In this document: in pieces, positions 1 to 11,115 of the stretch
Layout: each line of letters opens with the position of its first letter
How positions within the stretch are numbered: position 1 is the stretch's first letter
From: Octopus sinensis
Taxonomy: Eukaryota
DNA: 64,000 bases
Assembly: GCF_006345805.1 (NCBI RefSeq)
Contig: NC_043007.1
Span: 13,392,001 to 13,456,000 of the forward strand
Direction of reading: 5' to 3'
Notes under the pieces: generated by a model
Told to the model about the DNA's origin: nothing
The model's input: the letters and a program-made list of their open reading frames with translations, nothing else
Databases searched by the model: none
Position numbers and translations under genes: made by a program

Positions 1-109
1 TGCCTGCTTTTATTTGTGTATTTGTTAATTTTTAGATTTGGCAGGTCTGAGATTAAATCGCTGGATTACTGACCACAAGGTTGGGGCTGGAGGATTTGGT
101 GGTACGGCA

Positions 110-385
110 AGCAAGGGCCGATAGAGTGTGATGGTATGGGTCTGTGTTGAGGAGGGATGAGGAGCATGTTCCAAGGAGGGTGCTTGAGCTTGAGGTAAAT
201 GGACTGCGAAAGCGAGGTAGACTGAGGAAAACGTGGAAGAGGAGATTGGGAGGGTTGGCTTGAGAAGGGTGGACTCCGAAAACCAGGTGAGATGGTGTGA
301 GAGCAGTTGCTATGGCATTGAGATAGATCTGACCACCCCCGTTAATGGGGACAAAACCTGGATTTAAAACACTGGATGATGATGG
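110..385 (+). mobile_element. RTE-clade LINE 3' fragment (degenerate)
   Basis: Reads WYGSVLRRDEEHVPRRVLELEVNGLRKRGRLRKTW, like the RTE ORF2 C-terminus (WYGHV..R.RGRP.KTW), and ends in a (GAT)n tail. Confidence 0.7.
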
Positions 386-917
386 AGGTAATGAGTTCAA
401 TCTCTAGCTCAAGAGACATTATATTATCGTTCAGTTTTTATTTGTTTTAGTCATTGGACTGTGGCCATGCTGGGGCACCACTTTGAAGTGTTGAACAAAT
501 CAACTGCAGTACCTAATTTTGTATTATCACCCTGCTGACCAAAGTCTTGTGAATGGATTCTGTAGATGGAAGCTGAAAGCCCATACATCACATGATGGTT
601 GCAAATGAGTAGCATCGTCATAAAAGCGAGGTTGTTTCGTTTCCGGTCTTCCATGGAAAACGTCTGGGCTGGGGAAAATATAATTTTGCTTGGACAAGTA
701 TCCGGCTGTAGAAAATCTGCCTCAGCAAATTGTATCCGATCCATGCAGGCATGAAAAAGCGGACATTAAAACAATGAATACTTTCCATCATCATCATCAT
801 TATCTTGCCCTTACTTGTGCCTTGGAGGGTAACTTTCTAGGTGCAATTCCATGGTCATTCATGATCGAAGGGGGTCTCCTCCTCCTGTTGTTATCATCAT
901 CATCGTTATTATTATTA

Positions 918-1119
918 AAGGTGGCAAGCTGGCAGAATCGTTAGCATGCCGGGCAAAATGCTTAGCAGCATTTCGTCTAAGTTATGGGTTCAAATTTCGC
1001 TGAGGCCGATTTTGCCTTTTATCCTTTCAGGAGTTGATAAATTAAGTACCAGTTACGCTCTGGGGTCGATATAATCAACTAGTCCCCACCCCCAGGTCTT
1101 GTGCCTATAGTAGAAAAGA
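918..1119 (+). mobile_element. tRNA-derived SINE, family A (Meta-domain-like), alternative tail
   Basis: A-box-like TGGCAAGCTGGCAG, B-box GGTTCAAATT and central GCCTTTTATCCTTTCAGGAGTTGATAAATTAAGTACCAG. Confidence 0.75.
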
Positions 1120-1173
1120 TTATTATCATTATTATTATTGTTGTTATTGAGGTTATTGTTTTTTTTTTTGTAG

Positions 1174-1624
1174 TTGAAAATTGTTTGGAATCAAAGTCTG
1201 ATAACGAGTTATCACACATTTACTCTCCGGAAAGTCCCTCAGTGAAAAAGACAAAGCTACCTTCCAAAATCGAAGAGAATGCCTGCGTTACCGATGAATC
1301 TGTTGATATTCTGAGTTCTTTACTTGATGAGCAGGATGATGAGAGTTCCAATGATAAACCAACAAGAGACGAGAAGTGCCAGAAAACAGATTTCACTTCC
1401 ATTAAAGAAAGCAAAACGTCCTGTTTAGATCCAGACCAAAGCAGTGAAAACCAGAACCCTGATTCGATGCCAGTTTTAAGCAAGAAAAACTCTAGTCAAG
1501 TCGAAGAAGCAGCTAAGCAAACTGACATGAAACAGAAGTTAAATTCCACACATCAAAATAAGTTTGCTGTTTTCAAAGAAGTTTCAAAGAGATTTGATAT
1601 CAATGCGCCAAAAGTCCAAAGTCG
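1174..1624 (+). CDS. EXO1: EXO1 internal exon (disordered C-terminal half; ends ...HQNKFAVFKEVSKRFDINAPKVQS-R)
   Basis: Poly-T acceptor ending ttgtag at 1173, open frame of the 1101 ORF, and donor CG|gtaagt at 1624/1625. NKFAVF..VQSRYF resembles the vertebrate EXO1 NKFATF..RSRFF segment (recalled, not searched). Confidence 0.85.
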
Positions 1625-1797
1625 GTAAGTTCTGTTTTGTTCTTCACCCTTTTAGCCCACATGAGAATGTCCTTGATTCTACAATGCAAATTCCTTGTTT
1701 CAAAATGATCCTGATTAGAATCTTCCACCGAAATTTCCATCAGATTTCATTTATATTCCAAATGCCAGCTTAAGAATGACAAAGTGTTTTATGACAT

Positions 1798-2397
1798 AAG
1801 GTGGCGAGCTGGCAGAAACATTAGCACGCCAGGCGAAATGCTCAGCGGTATTTCGTCTGCCGCTACGTTCTGAGTTCAAATTCCGCTGAGGTCGACTTTG
1901 CCTTTCATCCCTTCGGGGTCGATTAAATAAGTACCAGTTAGGCACTGGGGTAGATATAATTGACTTAATCCCTTTGTCTGTCCTTTTTTGTCCCTTCTGT
2001 ATTTAGCCCCTTGTGGGTAGTAAAGAAATAAGGTATTTCGTCTGCCATTACGTTTTGAGTTCACATTCCGCTGAGGTCGACTTTGCCTTTCATCCTTTCG
2101 GTGTCGATTAAATAAGTACCAGTTATGCACTGGGGTCGATATAATCAACTTAATCCCTTGTCTGTCCTTTTTGTCCCTTCTGTATTTAGCCCCTTGTGGG
2201 TAGTAAAGAAATAAGGTATTTCGTCTGCCATTACGTTTTGAGTTCACATTCCGCTGAGGTCGACTTTGCCTTTCATCCTTTCGGTGTCGATTAAATAAGT
2301 ACCAGTTATGCACTGGGGTCGATATAATCAACTTAATCCCTTTGTCTGTCCTTGTTTGTCCACTCTGTGTTTAGCTCCTTTTGGGCAATAAAAAAAA
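1798..2397 (+). mobile_element. Family A SINE trimer (one full unit plus two 5'-truncated 183-bp units) with 22-bp TSD
   Basis: TAAGAATGACAAAGTGTTTTAT flanks the block at 1771-1792 and 2398-2419. Units restart at AGGTATTTCG (2031, 2214). Confidence 0.9.
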
Positions 2398-2809
2398 TAA
2401 GAATGACAAAGTGTTTTATTAAATTCTTCGTTGCGACTGATGTAATGTGTTTCAACAGGAATATGGGAACAAAAGGGTGAAACTGGAAAAAAAATGGTCA
2501 AGATTAGCTTTTAATAGTTGTACTTCTTCATTAGCTAAATCCTGCCATTTTTCTATGATGGCATCAAATGGATCAGTCTGAAATATTCCTTTTCATCACA
2601 AAGTTCTTAAGGTTCGTCCCATCCATTTTGGTCTGCTGCACATAGTTTCTATGGTAATAAAGAATAAGAAGTTATGAATGGTACAACAATGCACTATAAT
2701 ACAGGTAATGGGCTATATACCTGTTGTAAATTAGTCATCCATAGTCTGATATGATATTTTGGAATGAAATTCCTTCTTCAGATATTCTTAGAAAAGACAT
2801 TGGAAAACC

Positions 2810-3300
2810 GATTGTAGCAGTGACTCCAGAGCGGCTAACCGGCTTCTGTGCCAGTGGCACTTAAAAGGCACCATTCGAGTGTGATCGTTACCAGCATCGC
2901 CTTACTGGCACTCGAGCCCCATACTAGTAGGGTATTAAGAGCACCATCCGAGCGTGATCGTTGCCAGAGCGTCTATCTGGCCTCTATGCCGGTGGTATGT
3001 AAAAGACTATTCGAGCGTGATCGTTACCAGCATCGCCTTACTGGCACCTGTGCTGGTGGCATGTGTAAAAAGATTCGAGCGAGGATGTTGCCAGTACCTC
3101 CTGACTGGCCCCCGTGCCTGTGGCACGTAAAAAGCACCCACTACACTCTCGGAGTGGTTGGCGTTAGGAAGGGCATCCAGCTGTAGAAACTCTGCCAGAT
3201 CAAGATTGAAGCCTGGTGCAGCCATCTGGTTTGCCAGCCCTCAGTCAAATCGTCCAACCCATGCTAGCATGGAAAGCGGACGTTAAACGATGATGATATG
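2810..3300 (+). mobile_element. Family D SINE-like element (internal ~60-bp repeats, GGCGTTAGGAAGGGCATCCAG tail, (GAT)n end)
   Basis: The same tail recurs at 6455-6600, 6860-7130, 10720-11115 and 13390-13725 (+), and at 3630-4000 and 8340-8590 (-). Confidence 0.8.
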
Positions 3301-3629
3301 GATGACTAAATTACATTTTTTGTGTTATAGTGCATTGTTGTACCATTCAAAACTTTTTATTCTTTACAAATAATACACAATGCTTCTTCAAGCGAACTAC
3401 AATACTCTCCTATCTCTGTGATAATAGTTTCTCTTACCAATTATTGGCATTTCTTTCCACTTTTCATCATCATCTGTGTGTACATGGCACAGGTGCTGTG
3501 CAGCAGGACGGAACTTGCAGCTGTATGGCTGCAAAGTGAGCTGCTTTACAACACTGCCTGCGCCTGACAGACAGCCGTACTTGAATGTAGGACAAATTTA
3601 TTCAGTGTCATCACCATCGTCATCATTGT

Positions 3630-3998
3630 TTAGTGTTCGCTTTCCATGCTGGCATGGGTTGGACGGTTTGACTGAAGACTAGAAAGCCAGGAAGCTGCAC
3701 CAGGCTCCAATCTGTTCTGGCAAGGTTTCTGCAGCTGGATGCCCTTCCTAGTGCCAACCACTCCGAGAGTGTAGTGGGTGCTTTTTACGTGCCACTGGCA
3801 TGGGGGCCAGTCTGGTGGTGCTGGCATCGACCACGCTCGAACGGTGCTTTTTGCATGCCACCAGCATGGGGGCCAGTCAGGCGACACTGACATCGACCAT
3901 GCCCGAATGCTACTTTTTATGTGCCACTGGCATGGGGGCCCTGTCAGGGGCATTGACAACGCTCGAATGATGCTTTTTATGTGCCAGTGGAATAGGAC
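3630..3998 (-). mobile_element. Family D element, reverse orientation, running into the 183-bp satellite
   Basis: Reverse complement of the family D tail followed by degenerate ~60-bp subrepeats. Confidence 0.75.
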
Positions 3999-4826
3999 CT
4001 AGTCAGGTGGGACTAGCATCAACCATGCTGAAATGGTGCTTTTTACAACCCACCAGCATGGGACCCAGTCAGGTGGCACTGACATCGACCTTGCCCGAAT
4101 GGTGCTTTTTATGTGCCACTGGCATGGGGGTCAGTCAGGGGCATCAACAGTGCTCAAATGATGCTTTTTATGGCATGGGAGCTAGTCAGGTGGCACAGGC
4201 ATCAACCATGCTGAAATGGTGCTTTTTACAACCCACCAGCATGGGACCCAGTCAGGTGGCACTGACATCGACCTTGCCCGAATGGTGCTTTTTATGTGCC
4301 ACTGGCATGGGGGTCAGTCAGGGGCATCAACAGTGCTCAAATGATGCTTTTTATGGCATGGGAGCTAGTCAGGTGGCACAGGCATCAACCATGCTGAAAT
4401 GGTGCTTTTTACAACCCACCAGCATGGGACCCAGTCAGGTGGCACTGACATCGACCTTGCCCGAATGGTGCTTTTTATGTGCCACTGGCATGGGGGTCAG
4501 TCAGGGGCATCAACAGTGCTCAAATGATGCTTTTTATGGCATGGGAGCTAGTCAGGTGGCACAGGCATCAACCATGCTGAAATGGTGCTTTTTACAACCC
4601 ACCAGCATGGGACCCAGTCAGGTGGCACTGACATCGACCTTGCCCGAATGGTGCTTTTTATGTGCCACTGGCATGGGGGTCAGTCAGGGGCATCAACAGT
4701 GCTCAAATGATGCTTTTTATGGCATGGGAGCTAGTCAGGTGGCACAGGCATCAACCATGCTGAAATGGTGCTTTTTACAACCCACCAGCATGGGACCCAG
4801 TCAGGTGGCACTGACATCAACCATGC
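3999..4826. repeat. 183-bp higher-order tandem repeat, ~4.5 near-identical copies
   Basis: CTAGTCAGGTGG recurs at 3999, 4182, 4365, 4548 and 4731. Each unit holds three 50-67-bp related subrepeats. Confidence 0.95.
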
Positions 4827-5048
4827 TGGCAGAATCGTTAGCACGCCGGGCGAAATGTTTGGCAGTATTTCGTCTGCTATTACGTTCTGAGTTCAAATTT
4901 CGCCAAGGTTGACTTCGCCTTTCATCCTTTTGGGGTCGCTAAATTAAGTACCGGTTACGCACTGGGGTCGATGTAATCGGTTTAATCCATTTGTCTGTCC
5001 TTGTTTGTCCCCTCTGTGTTTAGCCCCTTGTGGGTAGTAAAGAAATAG
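4825..5048 (+). mobile_element. Family A SINE
   Basis: Matches other family A copies and ends GTGGGTAGTAAAGAAATA. Confidence 0.9.
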
Positions 5049-5341
5049 GTACTTTTTATGTACCACCGGCACACGAGCCAGTCAGGTGACAGTGACATTG
5101 GTGTCTTTCATTTTTTTGTAAGACAGTGTGTGAGTTGAGGGAGATTTGGCTGCTATTTCAAGTAAATTGAGCAACCATGTCTCGGTAGTGGTGGTGGAGG
5201 TGGGTCTCTTTGGGAAGTTGCAATTAAAAAAAAGAATCTGTGATTGTTAGATGAAATAACGAAGGATGTGAAACACTCTTAATCTTACGATGTAATTATC
5301 TTTTTCTCTCTTCTCTCTCTCTCTTTTTTCCCTTTCATCAG

Positions 5342-6047
5342 ATATTTCCGACCAGTGAAAGAAGAGGAAAAGAAAGAGGAGAATGTAACTACGAAACCTT
5401 CTCGTTTATCTCAACTATTTAAGGAAGAAACGGAAGACAAATCAGTAAACAACAACAATGGTGATGAAGATGATGATGATGATGATAAAACTGAGGATAA
5501 TAATAATAATAGTAATAATAATGATAACAAAAACAACAGCCAAAATGTCTCACCCTCAGGCGTGAATAAAGAGATTAAACTTCAAAACAAAACATTATCT
5601 GCTCTGTCTGCTTTCTCTTGGGGAAAACGCCGTACCAGCACCAACAAGCTAACTCCCGAACCTGTCCCCCAGGGATCTGAAGATGAAGTTTGTGAACTGT
5701 CGCCAATACCACAGATCTCTGACAGCACAAATGAGGCCGCATCGACGACCGATTGGACATCTTACTCTCGGGCTAACTCGACTGTAAATAGTTCGGAGAA
5801 TGGAAGCGAACTCTTTGATTCTGGAATAGCTTGTTCCCCTCTGGCCCTGAGTCGAAGTTCTTCTAAACTGGAAGCGGATTTAGTTGAACTTGAAACTGGC
5901 TCCCAGCAATCCGTGATGGAACTTGGAACTGGTTCTCAGCAATCTGTAATGGGACTTGAAACTGGCTCCCAGCAATCCATAATGGGACTTGAAACATGCT
6001 CGCAGGACACCGTCTTTGGTTTCAATTCGTTGTTTTTATCTTCACAG
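5342..6047 (+). CDS. EXO1: EXO1 internal exon (begins R-YFRPVKEEEK; N/D-rich and SQ-repeat region)
   Basis: Long pyrimidine tract plus cag at 5341. The phase-2 join CG+A gives SRYF, in frame with the 5355 ORF. Donor CAG|gtaagt at 6047/6048. Confidence 0.85.
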
Positions 6048-6197
6048 GTAAGTGAATTTGTCATCTTGTTCTTTAAACAACAACTTTGAAAATAATCCAT
6101 TCATAAACCATAAAGCACTGTGTTTGGTGGTGATGGTGGTCGTGGTGGGAATGATAGCAGTGGTGGTGAAGATGCTTGTCATGGTGGTGGTAAGAAT

Positions 6198-6425
6198 GGT
6201 GAGCTGGCAGAAACGTTAGCATGCCGGGCGAAATGTTTAGCGGTATTTCGTCTGTCGTTACGTTCTGAATTCAAATTCCGCCGAGGTCGACTTTGCCTTT
6301 CATCCTTTCGGGGTCGATAAATTAAGTACCAGTTACGCACTGGGGTTGATGTAATCGACTTAATACCTATGTCTGTCCTTGTTTGTCCCCTCTATGTTTA
6401 GCCCCTTGTGGGTAATAAAGAAATA
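6198..6425 (+). mobile_element. Family A SINE with 14-bp TSD
   Basis: GGTAAGAATGGTGA at 6189-6202 and 6426-6439. Confidence 0.9.
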
Positions 6426-6593
6426 GGTAAGAATGGTGATAATGATGCTGACTCACGGAGTGGTTGGCGTTAGGAAGGGCATCCAGCTGTAGAAACACTG
6501 CCAGATCAGACTGGGCCTGGTGCAGCCTTCTGGCTTCCCAGACCCCAGTTGAACTGTCCAACCCATGCTAGCATGGAAAGCGGACGTTAAGCA

Positions 6594-6625
<32 letters not shown>

Positions 6626-6859
6626 GGTAAGCAAGCTACTTACCACACAGCCACCCCTGTTTATTCTTTTATAAGTCGTTTCTTTGTGTTAATTCAGTTT
6701 GAACTCTTTCAATAAAAACTCCTCTGGAAACTGCCTCCATTAAAATTTTTCAAATTTAAATCAAAAACTTTGGACTAGAATCTCAATATTACATAAAAGG
6801 TAATGTTAGATTCCAATCAAATATTTCTCTTAATTAAGTTAAAAAAGTTAATTATTTAG

Positions 6860-7130
6860 GCCGTTGCCTGACTCGCCTGGCCTCCGTGCCGGTGGCACGT
6901 AAAAGGCACCATCTGATCGTGGCCGTTTGCCAGCTTCGTCTGACACCTGTGGTGGTGGCACGTAAAAAGCACCCACTACACTCATGGAGTGGTTGGCGTT
7001 AGGAAGGGCATCCAGCTGTAGAAACACTGCCAGATCAGACTGGAGCCTAGTGCAGCCTCCTGGCTTCCCAGACCCCAGTTGCACCGTCTAACCCATGCCA
7101 GCATGGAAAGCGAACGCTAAATGATGATGA
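6860..7130 (+). mobile_element. Family D element
   Basis: GTGCCGGTGGCACGTAAAA repeats, family D tail and (GAT)n end. Confidence 0.8.
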
Positions 7131-7240
7131 TTTCATTGAACCACCAGTAATTTTTGATTATTTTGTAAATTAACGCATCAAAGGTATGTATATATTCTTG
7201 TCCACTGATTCTTTGATCTTTTTTCTCATTTAATCTACAG

Positions 7241-7283
7241 GAAGCACAATCTTCAAGATGTGAAACACCTATATTTAATATTG
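7241..7283 (+). CDS. EXO1: EXO1 43-bp exon (EAQSSRCETPIFNI-G)
   Basis: Acceptor ttttttctcatttaatctacag and donor G|gtatgt. Phase 0 in and phase 1 out match both neighbouring exons. Confidence 0.75.
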
Positions 7284-7341
7284 GTATGTGAACAAATTAT
7301 TTTTTTTGTTAATTATATTTTAATTATCATTTGCATTTAAG

Positions 7342-7560
7342 TTGGCGAGCTGGCAGAATCGTTAGCATGCTGGGTGAAATGCGTAGCTGTATTTCGTCTG
7401 CTGTTACGTTCTGAGTTCAAATTCCGCCGAGGTTAACTTTGCCTTTCATCCTTTCAGGGTCGATTAAATAAGTACCAGTTACGCACTGGGGTTGATATAA
7501 TCGACTTAATCCGTGTGTCTGTCCTTGTTTGTCCTCTCTGTGTTTAGCCCCTTGTGGGTA
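7342..7560 (+). mobile_element. Family A SINE
   Basis: Matches the other family A copies. Confidence 0.85.
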
Positions 7561-7834
7561 AATAATAATGAAATTATTGTATACAGTACTCAGGTGCACC
7601 ACAACTTGTCAGAAAGTGCATATAAAGTACATGCAGTAATGTAGAAATGTCTGGAAAGCGAACCGTCCAACCCATGCTGGCATGGAAAACGGCCGTTAAA
7701 AAAAAAGATTTAAAGAAAAAGATAAATAATAATGAAATTATTGTATACGGTGCTCAGGTGCACCACAACTTGTCAAAATATGTTAATTTGAGTGTACAAC
7801 ACATACCATTATAAAATGTTATTTTAACCTGTAG

Positions 7835-8010
7835 GCACACCTAAAGTTCCGATTGCAGCATCGAAATCACCCAAAACGCCAAAATGTCGTGTGTCTGGAC
7901 TGTCCAAGAAGACTACGAAGAAATCCTCCAGTGCTGCTGCAATGAAAAAACTTGATGGTCAGCAATCTATCAAAGATATGTTTGCTAAGTTTGCCTATAC
8001 CAAGGGGTAA
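7835..8010 (+). CDS. EXO1: EXO1 exon with CRVSGLSKK and PIP box QQSIKDMF; stop TAA at 8008-8010 if unspliced, donor at 8006/8007 if spliced
   Basis: Acceptor ctgtag at 7834. Translation GTPKVPIAASKSPKTPKCRVSGLSKKTTKKSSSAAAMKKLDGQQSIKDMFAKFAYTKG resembles the human EXO1 CRASGLSKK...QIKLNELWKNFGF region (recalled). Confidence 0.85.
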
Positions 8011-8589
8011 GTTAACATTTTCCCATCAATTTTGTTTTACAATCTTACTTCATTGTGTGTGCATGCTTTTCCCCGTCACCTGAATAAACAATGGCAAGCA
8101 TAGCTGTATAGTGTAACTCGCTTGAATAAGCAAAGGTATGCGTACCTGTGTAACACTACTTGGTACTTCCCTGTTGTTGATAACCAATTTTTTTCTAAGT
8201 TACTGAAGTATTAGTGAATAAACTCACGAGACAAGTGGCAGACTTTCAGAATAACTGTTACGACCTCGTGGAGAAGTAAATTGGTAAGGAATTGGGTGAT
8301 TATAGCATTCGGATTATTTGGTCAAATGTAATACTTCATCATCATCAAGTCCGCTTTCCATGCTGGCATGGGTTGGCCGGTTCGACCGGGGTCTGGGAAG
8401 CCAGAAAGCTGCACCTGGCAGTGTTTCTACACCTGGATGCCCTTCCTAACACCAACCACTCCATGAGTGTAGTGGGTGCTCTTTACGTGTCGCCGGCACA
8501 GGTGCCAGGGGAGGCTGGCAGTAGCCACGATCGGTTGGTGCTGGCATTGGCCATGTTCTGATGGTGCTTTTTACATGCCACCGGCACAG

Positions 8590-9155
8590 GTATCATAACT
8601 ACAGTTTCCATTTGATATTTATTTTGATGTTGATGTACTTGACTCAATGGGTCTCCTCAAGCACAGCAGGTCACCCTACGATCCAAGGTAAGCACAGCAG
8701 GTCGTTCTGCAATCCAAGGTACTTTGGATGGACTGGGGCTATGCGAAACTGGTGCAGGAAACAGCCATGAACTCACGTCATTTGTCAGGTCTTTGCGGTC
8801 ACAGCATATCTCCAGAGATCTTGGTCTTTCGTCATTGCCTCTGTGAGGCCCAATGTTCAAAGGTCATGCTTGACCACCTCATCCCATATCTTCCTGGGTC
8901 TACCTCTCCCTCGGATACCTTCAACTGTTTGGGAGTGGCACTTCTTCACACATCTCTCCTCACCCATCTGCATTACATGACCATACCAGTGCAAACGTCT
9001 CTCTTGCACACCACATCTGATGCTTCTTATGTCCAGCATTTCTCTCAGGGCGCTCACACTCTGTCGTGTGTGCACACAGACATTACACATCCAGCGGATC
9101 ATGCTAGCTTCATTTCTTTCAAGCCTACGCATGTCCTCTGCAGTCACAGTCCATG
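8590..9155 (-). mobile_element. RTE-clade LINE 3' fragment
   Basis: The 8857-9147 ORF reads RRLERNEASMIRWMC...RRLHWYGHV...GRGRPRKIWDEVVK, the RTE ORF2 C-terminus, followed by 3' UTR. Confidence 0.85.
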
Positions 9156-9939
9156 TTTCACTTATCTATTCATATTGTTTTGAATTAATCATGGATTTCT
9201 TTCATGAACATGGTACTCCGTTGGTTATGGTGATGAGGGTTCCAGTTGATCCGATCAACGGAACTGTGAACTGCTCAGGAATGCTTTCAGGAAACCTTGA
9301 TAGGAAACAGGTGAGGATTAGTGTCAGGAATTGCATCTGGCTGTAGAAAGTTCTGCCTCTATGAAATTTCGTCTGACTCATGAAAGCATGGAAATATAGA
9401 CGTCAAAACAGTAACTATTATCATTATGATGATGATGATGAATAAACTGGTTGCTAATATAATGTACTGAAGGAAGATATTTTTAATTAGAACTGTCTTT
9501 AATGAAGAACAATCATTGATTGCTTTCATTGTTAAGGTTGTAATTGTAATTGATTAAAATTTATTATAACATCGATTATGCTAGCGTCCACTTAACTACT
9601 AAGACTTCAAGCAGCATGCATCCCTAGGAATTCCCACCCTCTTCGTCATTCTTATAATTTTTATTAATTTGCTCATTAAATCAAATTGCTATATTTTGTT
9701 TGTTATCAGAAAGCTTTCAAAATCGTTATAATTTGGTTACACCAGAGTTATCTCCCCTCGACCGTATTTTTCTTCATGTTTCGCTATTTCAGAACGACTT
9801 TCTTGTTTCATTCTTAACTTTCAAATCTATTTAGCGAGGAAATTAAACGGTGAACGAATGATTTTTCTTGCTGACATTTCTGCTTCTATTTCCTCATTCC
9901 CATCAGTTCGTCTCTATTATTTACTTCCCAGCAAAATTG

Positions 9940-10535
9940 AGATTTTTACCTTTTGGCCTAAAGATTTAATATATAATTTTTGTTAACTAAGCACTTTCAA
10001 ACTTCGGACACTGGTAGAATGTGTCACATAAAACGTGTTTTACTCTTAGCGTTTTTGAGAAAAACTTATATTTACGAAGATATTTCACATTAAATTTCTC
10101 GTATTTCGGTAATTTCAACCAATCAATGACGTGTATTCAGCTGAATAAAATTACTGCTGTTTGTTAACAAGAACTTCCGGTGGTGTGTATTTCGTTTGTC
10201 ACTTATCTATGACAACCCTAACCCTAAGACCTTAAAACTAGTACAAACGCACGAACGATGTCATAAATAACAGTGACAAACGAAAAATACACCACCGATA
10301 GTTGTTGACAAACAACAGCAGTAATTTTATTCAGCTGAATACACGTCATTGATTGGTTGAAATTACCAAAATATGAGAAATTTAAGGTGAAATATCTTCG
10401 TAAATATAAGTTTTTCTCCAAAATGCTCCGAGTAAAAGATGTTTTATATGACACATTCTACCAGTGTCCGAACTTTGAAAGTGTTTAGTTACAAAAAATT
10501 ATTTTTTAAATCTGTAAGTCAAAAGGAAAAGATCC
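9940..10535. mobile_element. GG-terminal MITE (Merlin/MULE-like), fold-back form with ~270-bp inverted arms and central (CCCTAA)2; 8-bp TSD CAAAATTG
   Basis: TSD at 9932-9939 and 10536-10543. Arms ~9940-10212 and ~10258-10535 are reverse complements. The right terminus is GAAAAGATCC. Confidence 0.85.
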
Positions 10536-10719
10536 CAAAATTGTATGACGTACATACTTTCTTGAAGATCGTTTGTACCCCTGATTTACAAGCTCTCATC
10601 TTTTATGGTGCTTGTCAATAATAAACTTTGAAAGATTTAAGACAACACTGGTCAGTGTTTTCAATGTCTGAAACTTTTGCTGATTAAATAAAATCAAAAT
10701 CGTAATCTATCAACATCAA

Positions 10720-11115
10720 TGGAATTTGTAGCTGTGATACCAGTGCCAGGTGGCACCTAAGAGAACCATCCGAACGTGGCCGTAGCCAGCGCCGCCCCGA
10801 CTGGCCTCCGTGCCGGTGGCACATAAAAAGCACCATCCAACCGTGCCGTTGCCAGCTTCGTCTGGTCCCCGTGCTGGTGGCACGTAAAAAGCACCATCTC
10901 ATCATGGCCGTTTGCTAGCCTCGTCTGGCACCTGTGCAGGAGGCACGCAAAAAGCACCCACTACACTCTTGGAGTGGTTGGCGTTAGGAAGGGCATCCAG
11001 CTGTAGAAGCACTGCCAGATCAGACTGGAGCCTGGCGCAGCCTACTGGCTTCCCAGACCCCAGTTGAACCGTCCAACCCATGCTAGCATGGAAAGCGGAC
11101 GTTAAACAATTATGA
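10720..11115 (+). mobile_element. Family D element
   Basis: Internal ~60-bp repeats plus the family D tail. Confidence 0.8.

Noticed and set aside
1101-1173. Upstream start of the 175-aa ORF (MPIVEKIIII...)
   Set aside because: This part is SINE tail, (ATT)n and the polypyrimidine tract. The exon starts at the acceptor at 1174.
3999-4826. CRISPR-like or spacer-bearing array (also considered for 51826-52571)
   Set aside because: The units are contiguous and homogeneous, with no unique spacers and no cas genes, in a eukaryotic context.
2031-4826. Identical 183-bp period in the SINE multimer and the satellite
   Set aside because: The sequences are unrelated, and the SINE period is fixed by its restart site, so this is probably coincidence.
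4007-4912. 301-aa ORF with a 61-aa repeat
   Set aside because: It is the translation of the 183-bp satellite running into a SINE, inside an EXO1 intron.
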